In this document: positions 48,061-56,832 of the stretch, in pieces
Layout of the letters: each line of letters begins with the position of its first letter
How positions within the stretch are numbered: the first letter of the stretch is position 1
Source: Actinomycetota bacterium
Lineage (GTDB): Bacteria > Actinomycetota > Acidimicrobiia > Acidimicrobiales > Iamiaceae
DNA: 64,000 bases
Assembly (NCBI GenBank): GCA_016185275.1
Contig: JACPNX010000015.1
Coordinates: 69,441 to 133,440, forward strand
Reading direction: 5' to 3'
Made by a program: the position numbers and the translations under genes
The notes under the pieces: model-generated
Database searches by the model: none
Told to the model about the DNA's origin: nothing
Seen by the model: the letters and a program-made list of their open reading frames with translations, nothing else

Positions 48061-49286
48061 GCTCGCCTCGCCGCCGCACCCGGCCGCGGCGGATCGCGCT
48101 GCTCAAGCCCGACTTCGGTGTCCACGGTGGCTTCGAGCGCGTCGTGGACCGGGTCGAGGCGACGCTGCGGCGCGACGGCCACGACGTCACGCGGATGGGG
48201 GTCGAGGTCGACTCGCTCAGGTACCGGCGCACCGGACCCTCGGTGCCCGAGGAGCTCTGGGCCGGCGCGCCCGAGTACGCGCGGTACCTGGCGTCGGTGG
48301 CCGCCTTCCGCCGGATCGACACCCGGCTCTACGACGCCGTCGTGTCCACCCAGCCGCCGTCGTTCGCCGCCTCCCATCCACGGCACCTGGCGCTGTTCTT
48401 CCACCACCACCGTGTCTTCTACGACCTCGAAGAGCCGTACCTGGCGGCCGGCTTCGCGGCCGACCCCGGGCTGCACCGCCGAGCCGCCGAACAGGTGCGC
48501 CGGCTCGACCAGCCGCTGCTCGACTCGGTCACTTGGTTCCTCGCCGGCTCCGAGCGGGTCCGCGCCCGGCTGGCCGCGTTCAACGGCATCGACCGCGTGA
48601 GCCTGTTCCAGGCCGGCGTGGGCGTCGGCGACCGACCGCTGCCGCCGTCACCGGTGCCGCCGGCGGCGCGGCGCGGTGCCGTCCTGTGCGTCAGCCGCCA
48701 CGAGTTCCCGAAGCGCACGGAGCTGTTCGTGCTGGCCATGAAGCACCTTCCCGGCGTGGCCGCGGTGGTGGTCGGTTCGGGCGGCCGGCTGCCGTGGGTG
48801 CGCGCCCTCGACCACCGGCTCTCGCAGCCCGGCGTCGACCTCGCCGACGTCGACCCGGTCGGCGTCTGGCGCACAACCGCCGCCGGCCCGCCGCCGGCCC
48901 CCGGGCGCGGGGCGACCAACGTGGAGCTCCTCGGCCGCACCGACGACGCCACGCTCGAGCGCCTCTACGCGGAGGCGCCCTGCCTGGTCGCCCCCGCCTA
49001 CGACGAGGACTACGGCCTCACCGCGCTGGAGGCGATGCGCCACGGCACACCGGTCGTGGTCTGCGACGACGGCGGCGGGCTGGCCACGCTGGTCGACCAC
49101 GAGATCGACGGGCTCGTGGTCGCCCCGGACGGCGCCGCGATCGCCGCCGCCGTCGACCGCATCCTGACCGACACCGACCTGGCCGCGTCGCTGGCTGCCG
49201 CCGGGCGCGCCAAGGCGGCCCGCATCACGTGGGCCCGGGCCGACGAGCAGCTGCGCGACGGCCTCGCCGAGGTGCTGGCGGCGTGA
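48057..49286 (+). CDS. GT4-family (GT-B) glycosyltransferase
   Basis: EDYGLTALEAMRHGTPVVVCDDGGGLATLVDHEIDGLVV is the E-x7-E region of GT4 enzymes. Confidence 0.85.
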   Translation: MSSPRRRTRPRRIALLKPDFGVHGGFERVVDRVEATLRRDGHDVTRMGVEVDSLRYRRTGPSVPEELWAGAPEYARYLASVAAFRRIDTRLYDAVVSTQPPSFAASHPRHLALFFHHHRVFYDLEEPYLAAGFAADPGLHRRAAEQVRRLDQPLLDSVTWFLAGSERVRARLAAFNGIDRVSLFQAGVGVGDRPLPPSPVPPAARRGAVLCVSRHEFPKRTELFVLAMKHLPGVAAVVVGSGGRLPWVRALDHRLSQPGVDLADVDPVGVWRTTAAGPPPAPGRGATNVELLGRTDDATLERLYAEAPCLVAPAYDEDYGLTALEAMRHGTPVVVCDDGGGLATLVDHEIDGLVVAPDGAAIAAAVDRILTDTDLAASLAAAGRAKAARITWARADEQLRDGLAEVLAA

Positions 49287-49350
49287 GGGTCGGGCGCGCC
49301 GAGGTGCGGGCGGCGTGAGGGTCGGCCTCGCCGAGGTGCTGGCGGCGTGA
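49255..49350 (+). repeat. 32-bp tandem triplication of the GT4 gene junction, creating two chained 11-codon mini-ORFs
   Basis: Units ending in TGA at 49286, 49318 and 49350: gcgacggcctcgccgaggtgctggcggcgtga / gggtcgggcgcgccgaggtgcgggcggcgtga / gggtcggcctcgccgaggtgctggcggcgtga. Mini-ORFs are 49283..49318 (VRVGRAEVRAA*) and 49315..49350 (VRVGLAEVLAA*), each joined by GTGA overlaps. Confidence 0.9.
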
Positions 49351-51959
49351 AGGTCGGCATCGTCGCGCCGGCCCCCGTGCCCTACGCACCGGGTGGCGCA
49401 GAGCGGGCCTGGACCGGCCTGCAACGCGCCCTCGGCCGGGCCGGTCACGCCGCCGAGATGGTCACGCGGCCGTTCTCCGAGTCCACCCTCGCCGAGGTGG
49501 TCGACGGCTACCTGCGCTTCGCCGCCCTCGACTTGAGCGGCTTCGACATCGTGATCTCGTCGAAGTACCCGGCGTGGATCGCGCCACATCCCCGCCACGT
49601 CGTCTGGATGTTCCATCCGCTTCGGGGTCTCTACGACACGTACCACACGTTCCGTCTGCCGCCCGCGGTGGAGCCGCGCGAGCCGTCACTGCGGGCTCTC
49701 CTGCGGGCGTGCGCGGCAGCGCCCGAGCGGCGCGCGCTGCCCGAGATCGCGGCGGCGTGGGAGGCGGCCGTGGCCGACGTGGGCGTCGACCACCCGCACC
49801 TCGCGCTGCCGTCGCCCATCGGTCGGGCCGTCGTCCACTGGCTGGACGCAGCGGCCTTGAGCCCCCGGGAGGTGGTCCGGCACCTCGCGCTCTCGCGGAC
49901 GGTGGCGAGCCGCCCGGGGTACCTGCCGCCCGGCGTCGTCCCTCGCATCGCCTACTGCCCCAGCGATCTGCCGGTCGCCGCGCCACCGAGTCCGTCGGCG
50001 CCGCGCCACCTCTTCACGGTCAGCCGCCTCGATGCCGCCAAGCGCGTGGAGCTGGTGGTGCGGGCCATGGCGTCGGTGCCGGGCGACGTGCCGCTCCTCG
50101 TCGGCGGCTCGGGCCCCGAGGCCGACCGCTTGCGCGCCATCGCCGCCGGCGACCGCCGGGTCCGCTTCCTCGGACCGGTCGCCGACGCGGACCTGCCCGA
50201 CCTCTACGCCGGGTCGCTGGCGGTCCCGTTCACCCCCTTGGAGGAGGACTACGGCCTGGTCACGGTGGAGGCCTTCGCCGCCGGCGCGCCGGTCGTGACC
50301 TGCGACGACAGCGGCGGCCCCGCAGAGCTGGTGGTCGACGGCAGCACCGGCCTCGTCGTTCGTCCCGCCCCCCGCGCGGTCGGGGCGGCGCTGGCCCGCC
50401 TCGTGGAGCACCCCGAGGAGGCGCTCGCCATGGGCGCGGCCGGCCGCCGGCGAGCCGCTTCCATCACCTGGGAGCGCACGGTCGACCTGCTGCTGGGCAC
50501 ACCCCGACCGCACCGGGCGCCCGCCGCAGGCCCGAGCCGGGCGGGCCCGAGCCGAGCAGGCCCGAGCCGGGCGGGCCGCGCAGGTGGAGCGGGCGAAGCA
50601 GGTGGAGCGGGCGGAGCAGGTGGAGCAGGCGCGGCCGGACCTGCAGGCCGCGCCGCGGGCGGCGCCGACGTGCTCAGCGCCGCCCGCCACGAGATCCACC
50701 CCGACCAGTCCGGCACCCGCCCCCGGCGGGCCCGCCGCAAGATCGTCGTCGCCAGCACCTACCGGGTCTCCGAGGCCCGCCACGGCGGCCAACTGCGCTG
50801 CTTCCACCTGTACGGAGCGCTGGCGCGCCACGTCGACGTCGAGGTCGTGGCGCTGGTCGACCGCCCCTCCGACGCGGGGCGGACCGTCATGGCGCCCGGG
50901 TTCCGCGAGGTGCGCATCGCCCGCTCGGCGCTGCACCACGCTCGGGACGAGGAGGTCTCGCTGGCCGCCGGCGTGCCGGCGAGCGACATCGTGGCCGCGT
51001 CCGACATCGACGCCTCCCCGGAGTACCTCGCCGCCCTCGGCCGAGCGCTCGACGGCGCGGAGGCCGTCGTGCTCGCCCACCCGTACCTCCTGCCGGCGCT
51101 CGAGTTGCTCGACCGCGGCGTGCCGTTCGTGTACGACGCCCACAACGTCGAAGCGGCGCTCAAGGCCACCGTCCTGAGCGACGACCGGACCGGCCGGCGC
51201 CTGCTGGATCTCGTCCGCGACGTCGAGCGCCGCGCCGTGCAGGGAGCGGTTGCCGTCGTGGCCTGCTCGCCCGACGATGCCCGCACGCTGCGCTCGCTGT
51301 ACGGGGAACCGGCGGGTGCGCTCGTCGTCGTCCCGAACGGCACCGACGCGCGCGTCGACGCGCGGGGACCGGAGCAGCGCGCCGAGCGGCGCGCCCGGTG
51401 GCTCGGGTACTGGCGCTCCACCGACCCCGGCCGGGCGCGGGTCGGGCACGTGGCCGTGTTCTTCGCGTCGTGGCACCCGCCCAACCTCGAGGCGGCACGG
51501 GTCATCATCGGCCTCGCCCCGGCCCTGCCCGAGGTTCTCTTCCTCCTCGGCGGTTCGCACGGTGACGCCTTCGCCGACGGCGCCCTACCGGCCAACGTGG
51601 TCCTGACCGGAGTGGTCGGCAACCGGGCCCGTGACGACCTCCTCGGGCTGGCCGACGTGGCACTGAACCCGATGCTGTCGGGCTCGGGCACCAACCTGAA
51701 GGTCATCGAGTACCTCGCGCACCGGGCCCCGGTCGTGTCGACTCCGGTCGGGGTCCGGGGGCTCGACCTGCGCGACGGCGAGCACCTGCTGGTGGCCCCG
51801 ACCGGGCAGCTCGCGGACGCGATCCGGGCCACGCTGGACGATCCGGTCTCGGCCGCCGCGCGGGCCAGTGCCGGCCGCGCGCTGGTCGAGGCGAGCTACG
51901 ACTGGCGGGCACTCGGCGACCGCTTGGCCGCATCCGTCCCCGGAGCGACCGGCCGGTAG
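49347..51959 (+). CDS. Dual-domain GT4 glycosyltransferase (two GT-B modules joined by a repetitive linker)
   Basis: Module 1 has EEDYGLVTVEAFAAGAPVVTCDDSGGPAELVVDGSTGLVV. Module 2 has ...NPMLSGSGTNLKVIEYLAHRAPVVSTPVGVRGL. The linker is (GPSRA)3 (AGGAGx)3. Confidence 0.8.
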   Translation: MKVGIVAPAPVPYAPGGAERAWTGLQRALGRAGHAAEMVTRPFSESTLAEVVDGYLRFAALDLSGFDIVISSKYPAWIAPHPRHVVWMFHPLRGLYDTYHTFRLPPAVEPREPSLRALLRACAAAPERRALPEIAAAWEAAVADVGVDHPHLALPSPIGRAVVHWLDAAALSPREVVRHLALSRTVASRPGYLPPGVVPRIAYCPSDLPVAAPPSPSAPRHLFTVSRLDAAKRVELVVRAMASVPGDVPLLVGGSGPEADRLRAIAAGDRRVRFLGPVADADLPDLYAGSLAVPFTPLEEDYGLVTVEAFAAGAPVVTCDDSGGPAELVVDGSTGLVVRPAPRAVGAALARLVEHPEEALAMGAAGRRRAASITWERTVDLLLGTPRPHRAPAAGPSRAGPSRAGPSRAGRAGGAGEAGGAGGAGGAGAAGPAGRAAGGADVLSAARHEIHPDQSGTRPRRARRKIVVASTYRVSEARHGGQLRCFHLYGALARHVDVEVVALVDRPSDAGRTVMAPGFREVRIARSALHHARDEEVSLAAGVPASDIVAASDIDASPEYLAALGRALDGAEAVVLAHPYLLPALELLDRGVPFVYDAHNVEAALKATVLSDDRTGRRLLDLVRDVERRAVQGAVAVVACSPDDARTLRSLYGEPAGALVVVPNGTDARVDARGPEQRAERRARWLGYWRSTDPGRARVGHVAVFFASWHPPNLEAARVIIGLAPALPEVLFLLGGSHGDAFADGALPANVVLTGVVGNRARDDLLGLADVALNPMLSGSGTNLKVIEYLAHRAPVVSTPVGVRGLDLRDGEHLLVAPTGQLADAIRATLDDPVSAAARASAGRALVEASYDWRALGDRLAASVPGATGR
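50529..50634 (+). repeat. In-frame tandem repeats in the inter-domain linker: 15-bp x3 followed by 18-bp x3
   Basis: ggcccgagccgggcg / ggcccgagccgagca / ggcccgagccgggcg (50529-50573); caggtggagcgggcgaag / caggtggagcgggcggag / caggtggagcaggcgcgg (50581-50634). Confidence 0.9.
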
Positions 51960-52112
51960 CCTGACCGGCGACCGCCTGCCGCGAGGAGCCCCACGCCCGT
52001 GGTCGACAGCCCAACCCGCCCCGCGCCCGCGGCCACCGGATCCGCGCGCACCGATGCCACCGTCGAGGCGCGCCCCGGCGGAGCCTCCCGCGCCAGCGGC
52101 GAGGTGCGCGAG

Positions 52113-53015
52113 ATGTCGAAGCGCCCGAACCCGCTCGAGCGGGCGGTCAACGTCTGGCGCTACCGCGAGCTGCTCGTGAACCTCACGCGCAAAGAGCTCA
52201 AGGTCAAGTACAAGAACAGCGTCCTCGGGTTCGTGTGGACGCTGCTCAACCCGGCCCTCTACCTCGTCGTGTTCAGCCTGGTCTTCCAGGTCGTGCTCCA
52301 GGTGAAGATCCCCTACTACGGGATCTTCTTCCTGGCGGGACTGCTGGGGTGGAACTTCTTCGCGACGGCCGTGTCGGCCGGGACGACGTCGATCGTGGGC
52401 AACTCCCAGCTCGTGTCGAAGGTGTGGTTCCCCCGCGAGATCCTCCCACTCGCGTCGATCGGCGCGGCGATCTTCCACTTCCTGCTGCAGCTCACCGTGC
52501 TGGCCGCGGCCCTCATCCTCTTCCGGCGGGCCCCCTCGCTGCACTACCTGCCCGCCCTCGTGCCGGCGCTGGTCGTGCTCCTCCTGTTCGCGTCGGCCCT
52601 TGCGATCGCTCTGGCCGCGGTCAACGTCTACCTGCGCGACACGCAGCACCTGCTCGAGCTGGTCCTGCTCGCCTGGTTCTGGATGACGCCGGTGGCGTAC
52701 CCGTACCAGCTCGTGGCCGACCGCCTCGGCCCGGCACGCGAGTGGTGGGCGGCGGCCAACCCGATCCTCACCGTCGTGGTGACGTTCCAGCAGGCCCTCT
52801 ACAACCCCAGCCGTCCGGCCTTCATGTGGCTCAGCAACGGTCCGCGCGATCCGAGCAACGTCGTGCGGGACCAGGTCACGCCGGCGCTGCCCGAGCACCC
52901 CCTCACCTGGTACCTCACCCGGCTCGGGTCGAGCGCGCTGGTCGGCGCGTCGCTGCTCCTCGGCGCGCTCTGGTTGTTCGGCCGGCTCGAGGACAACATG
53001 GCCGAGGAGATCTGA
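52113..53015 (+). CDS. wzm: ABC-2 polysaccharide export permease (Wzm/TagG/KpsM type)
   Basis: VWRYRELLVNLTRKELKVKYKNSVLGFVWTLLNPALYLVVF is the hallmark N-terminus of Wzm/TagG permeases, and there are 6 TM helices. ATG 52113. Confidence 0.85.
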   Translation: MSKRPNPLERAVNVWRYRELLVNLTRKELKVKYKNSVLGFVWTLLNPALYLVVFSLVFQVVLQVKIPYYGIFFLAGLLGWNFFATAVSAGTTSIVGNSQLVSKVWFPREILPLASIGAAIFHFLLQLTVLAAALILFRRAPSLHYLPALVPALVVLLLFASALAIALAAVNVYLRDTQHLLELVLLAWFWMTPVAYPYQLVADRLGPAREWWAAANPILTVVVTFQQALYNPSRPAFMWLSNGPRDPSNVVRDQVTPALPEHPLTWYLTRLGSSALVGASLLLGALWLFGRLEDNMAEEI

Positions 53016-53025
53016 TGCCGGCGGC

Positions 53026-54300
53026 GTGGGGACGGCGGTGAGCACGGCGGTGAGCACGGCCGCCATCGAGATCCACCAGGTGACCAAGTCGTTCAAGCTG
53101 TACCGGGAGAAGGCCCAGTCGGCCAAGGAGCGCGTGATCCGCGCCGGGCGGAACCCGCACACGACGTTCAAGGCGCTCGACGACGTGTCGTTCAGCGTCG
53201 GGACCGGCGAGACGGTGGCGCTCCTCGGCCACAACGGCTCGGGCAAGTCGACGTTGCTCAAGTGCGTGGCCGGCACGCTGCGCCCCACGAGCGGGCGGAT
53301 CGTCACCCGGGGCCGGCTCGCCGCGCTGCTCGAGCTCGGTGCGGGGTTCCACCCGGACCTCACGGGGCGCGAGAACGTCTACCTCAACGGGTCGATCCTC
53401 GGGTTCTCGCACGCCGCCGTGGACCGGATCTTCGACGACATCGTGGAGTTCGCCGAGCTGGAGCAGTTCATCGACAACCAGGTGAAGCACTACTCGTCGG
53501 GCATGTACGCGCGGCTCGGCTTCGCGGTCGCCATCAACGTCGACCCCGACGTGCTGCTCGTCGACGAGGTGCTCTCGGTCGGCGACGAGGCGTTCCAGCG
53601 CAAGTGCCTCGACCGCGTGCAGCGGCTCCAGCGGGAGGGGCGCACGATCCTGCTCGTCAGCCACGCCACCGAGACGGTGCGCCAGGTCGCCGACCGGGTC
53701 GTGGTGCTCGACCACGGGCACATGGTCGTCGACGGCAGGACGGGCGAGGCGATCCGGGCGTTCCGCGAGACGCTCCAGAAGCGCGGCATCCCGCTGCCCG
53801 AGGGGGTCGACGCCCACGTCGACCCGGAGGCGACCGGCGAGGTGCCGGTCGTGCCCGGGCCCGCCTTCGACCACGACCCGTCGGCCACCGTGGCGTTCAA
53901 GGACGTGACCGTCCGCTACCACGAGAAGACCGCGGACCACGCCACCCCCGGAGAACCGCTGTCGATCGAGATCCCGTACCACGCCACCGGCACGATCCGC
54001 GACGTGGTCCTGTCGATCGAGGTGTTCGACGTCGACGGCCACAAGCTCATGGGGACCAACACCGACTTCATCGAGCAGCCGATCGCCGGCATGAAGGGTG
54101 ACGGCACGATCGTGTTGCATCTCGAGACGCTGCCGCTGCTCGACGGTCGCTTCCACCTGCGCCTCGCCTTCCACACCCGCGACGGCGGGCGCGTCTACGA
54201 CGAGCGGGACTTCGTCGACTCGTTCCAGGTGATGAACCCGACCCGGACCCAGGGCACCATCCACCTCCCTGTCCGGGTCGAGCACCTCTACTCGTTCTGA
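53026..54300 (+). CDS. wzt: Polysaccharide export ABC ATPase with a C-terminal extra domain (Wzt/TagH type)
   Basis: Walker A GHNGSGKSTLL, signature YSSGMYARLGFAVA, Walker B LLVDEVLSVGD. About 170 extra C-terminal residues are beta-rich (VAFKDVTVRY...LSIEVFDVDGHKLMG...GRFHLRLAFH), consistent with a Wzt_C-type carbohydrate-binding domain. Start is approximate. Confidence 0.85.
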   Translation: MGTAVSTAVSTAAIEIHQVTKSFKLYREKAQSAKERVIRAGRNPHTTFKALDDVSFSVGTGETVALLGHNGSGKSTLLKCVAGTLRPTSGRIVTRGRLAALLELGAGFHPDLTGRENVYLNGSILGFSHAAVDRIFDDIVEFAELEQFIDNQVKHYSSGMYARLGFAVAINVDPDVLLVDEVLSVGDEAFQRKCLDRVQRLQREGRTILLVSHATETVRQVADRVVVLDHGHMVVDGRTGEAIRAFRETLQKRGIPLPEGVDAHVDPEATGEVPVVPGPAFDHDPSATVAFKDVTVRYHEKTADHATPGEPLSIEIPYHATGTIRDVVLSIEVFDVDGHKLMGTNTDFIEQPIAGMKGDGTIVLHLETLPLLDGRFHLRLAFHTRDGGRVYDERDFVDSFQVMNPTRTQGTIHLPVRVEHLYSF

Positions 54301-54416
54301 GGTGGCGCGGCACGCGGCCGGCGCGGCCTGACCGCGACATCCGTGAGCGCGCCCGGGCTGAGCGGGAGTACCGTCGCCCCGGGCCGGGCGGGGCGCTGGG
54401 CCCAGGAGGGGAACAG

Positions 54417-55829
54417 ATGGCACACATCGTCGTCGTCGGTGCCGGCATCGGTGGCCTGTCGAGCGCGCTGCTGCTGGCCGCGGACGGCCACGACGTGACC
54501 GTGCTCGAGCGCGACGGCACCGCCCCGGTGCCGCCCGAGGACGCCTGGGACGCCTGGGAGCGCAAGGGCGTCAACCAGTTCCGCCTGCTGCACTACTTCC
54601 TGCCCCGGTTCCGCTTGGAGCTCGAACGCCACCTCCCCGGCCTGCTGGGCGAGCTCCACGCCGCCGGAGCCCTGCGGTGGAACCCGTTCGACGGCATCCC
54701 CGAGGAGATGACCGGTGGGCGCAGGCCGGGCGACGACGACCACGAGTCGGTGACGGGCCGCAGGCCGGTGATGGAGGCCGTGATCGCGCGCTACGCCGAC
54801 GAGGCGGGCGGCGTGACGGTCCGCCGTGGTGTCGGCGTGACCGGCCTCGTCCCGGGCCCGGGCACGACGACCGGCGTACCGCATGCGGCGGGCGTGTGCA
54901 CCGCGACCGGTGAGCAGATCACCGCCGACCTCGTGGTCGATGCCAGCGGCCGGCGATCGGCGCTGCCCGGCTGGCTGGCCGACATCGGCGCCCGCCCTCC
55001 CTACGAGGAGATGGCCGACAGCGGGTTCGTGTACTACGGCCGCCACTTCCGCTCGCCCGATGGCTCGCTGCCCGCCGCCTTCGGTCCGCCGCTCCAGCCC
55101 TACGGCTCGTACTCGGTCCTGGCGCTGCCCGCCGACCACGGCACCTGGGGTGTCGGGCTGATCGCCAGCGCCAAGGACCCTGCCGTCCGCCGAGCCAAGG
55201 ACCTCGACCGCTGGGAGCAGGTGGTGCGATCGTCACCGCTCCACGCGCACTGGCTCGACGGCGAGCCGCTCGAGGACGGCGTCACCGTGATGGCCAAGAT
55301 CGAGGACCGGCTGCGCCGGATCGTCGTCGACGGCTCGCCGGTCGTCACCGGCGTCCTGCCCGTGGCCGACTCGTGGGCCTGCACCAACCCCTCGGTCGGT
55401 CGAGGCGCTTCGATCGGCCTGCTGCACGCCATCGCCCTGCGCGACCTCCTGAGGGAGGGGCCGATCGACGACCCGCGTGCGCTGGCCGAGCGCTGGGACG
55501 AGGTGACGGCGTCGACGGTCGAGCCGTGGTACCGCTCGACGCTCGCGTTCGACGAGCACCGCTTGGGCGAGATGGAGGCCGAGATCGCGGGGGGCCGGTA
55601 CGAGCCCGACGACCCGGCGTGGGAGCTCGGCCATGCCCTCCAGGACGCGGCGTCCCGGGACCCTGACTGCCTCCGGGCGATGCTCGACGTCGCGAACCTG
55701 CTGCGCACCCCCGAGGAGGTGCTGGCCGATGCCCCGACGCTCGAAAAGGTCATCGAGCTCGGGGCCGGCTGGCGCGACGAGCCGGCCCTCGGGCCGTCGC
55801 GCCAGGAGTTACTGGCGCTGCTGGGCTGA
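54417..55829 (+). CDS. FAD-dependent oxidoreductase/monooxygenase
   Basis: MAHIVVVGAGIGGLSSALLLAADGHDVTVLERD (GxGxxG dinucleotide fold) and DASGRRS. The ATG follows AGGAGGGG. Confidence 0.75.
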   Translation: MAHIVVVGAGIGGLSSALLLAADGHDVTVLERDGTAPVPPEDAWDAWERKGVNQFRLLHYFLPRFRLELERHLPGLLGELHAAGALRWNPFDGIPEEMTGGRRPGDDDHESVTGRRPVMEAVIARYADEAGGVTVRRGVGVTGLVPGPGTTTGVPHAAGVCTATGEQITADLVVDASGRRSALPGWLADIGARPPYEEMADSGFVYYGRHFRSPDGSLPAAFGPPLQPYGSYSVLALPADHGTWGVGLIASAKDPAVRRAKDLDRWEQVVRSSPLHAHWLDGEPLEDGVTVMAKIEDRLRRIVVDGSPVVTGVLPVADSWACTNPSVGRGASIGLLHAIALRDLLREGPIDDPRALAERWDEVTASTVEPWYRSTLAFDEHRLGEMEAEIAGGRYEPDDPAWELGHALQDAASRDPDCLRAMLDVANLLRTPEEVLADAPTLEKVIELGAGWRDEPALGPSRQELLALLG

Positions 55830-55880
55830 CCACCTGCGGCCGGCCGGCTGGCCGCCGCACCGAGACGAGGAGGAGGCGCC

Positions 55881-56696
55881 GTGCGCGTCGACGCCAATGG
55901 CGTGGCCATCGAGTACCAGGTGACCGGCGAAGGCGAGCCGGTCGTCCTTCTGCACGGCTTCCCCGACACCGGCCGGGTCTGGCGGCACCAGGTCGGTGCG
56001 CTGGCCGACGCCGGGTTCCGGGTGATCGTCCCCGACATGCGCGGCTACGGGGCCAGCGACAAGCCGGCCGCGGTCGAGGACTACGCCATCGCCCATCTCG
56101 CCGGCGACGTGGTGGCCGTGCTCGACGACGCCGGTGCCGAGCGCGCGCACGTGGTGGGCCACGACTGGGGCGCAGCGGTGGCGTGGGCCGTGTCGATCTT
56201 CGCCCCCGAGCGCGTCGACCGGCTGGTCGCCATGTCGGTCGGCCACCCTGCCGCCTTCCGCCGCGCCGGGATCGAGCAGCAGATGCGGTCGTGGTACATG
56301 CTGCTCTTCCAGTTCGAGGGCGTGGCGGAGCGCTGGCTGAGCGACGACGACTGGGCGAACATGCGCGCCTGGGGTGCGCACCCGGACGGCGACGAGGTCA
56401 TCGACGAGCTGGAGCGGAGCGGCTCGCTGACCCCCGCGCTGAACTGGTACCGGGCGAACGTGCACCCGTCGACGTGGGTCGAGCCCCCGCTCGACCTGCC
56501 CGGCGTGCAGGCGCCGACCATGGGCATCTGGAGCACCGGCGACTTCGCGCTCACCGAGGCCCAGATGACCGGCTCGGCTCGACACGTCGACGGCACCTGG
56601 CGCTACGAGCGAATCGAGGGAGCGGGCCACTGGATGCAGCTCGAGCGACCCGACGAGGTGAACCGGCTCCTGTCCGACTTCCTGCCGTCGCGCTAG
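55881..56696 (+). CDS. Alpha/beta hydrolase (epoxide hydrolase/haloalkane dehalogenase-like)
   Basis: LLHGFPDTGRVWRHQ, nucleophile elbow VGHDWGAAVAW, C-terminal GAGHWMQLE. The GTG start follows GAGGAGGAGG. Confidence 0.85.
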   Translation: MRVDANGVAIEYQVTGEGEPVVLLHGFPDTGRVWRHQVGALADAGFRVIVPDMRGYGASDKPAAVEDYAIAHLAGDVVAVLDDAGAERAHVVGHDWGAAVAWAVSIFAPERVDRLVAMSVGHPAAFRRAGIEQQMRSWYMLLFQFEGVAERWLSDDDWANMRAWGAHPDGDEVIDELERSGSLTPALNWYRANVHPSTWVEPPLDLPGVQAPTMGIWSTGDFALTEAQMTGSARHVDGTWRYERIEGAGHWMQLERPDEVNRLLSDFLPSR

Positions 56697-56832
56697 CCGC
56701 GCGACCGCCAAGAGATCGACGCAGCGTGCGGTGAGGGGGCCTCGCCACGCGCCCACAGTCGTGGTGGGCCGCATACGCTCAAACCGGGCGAACGGCCTCC
56801 GATGGGGACAGGTCCCCGACGAGGAGTCGAGC

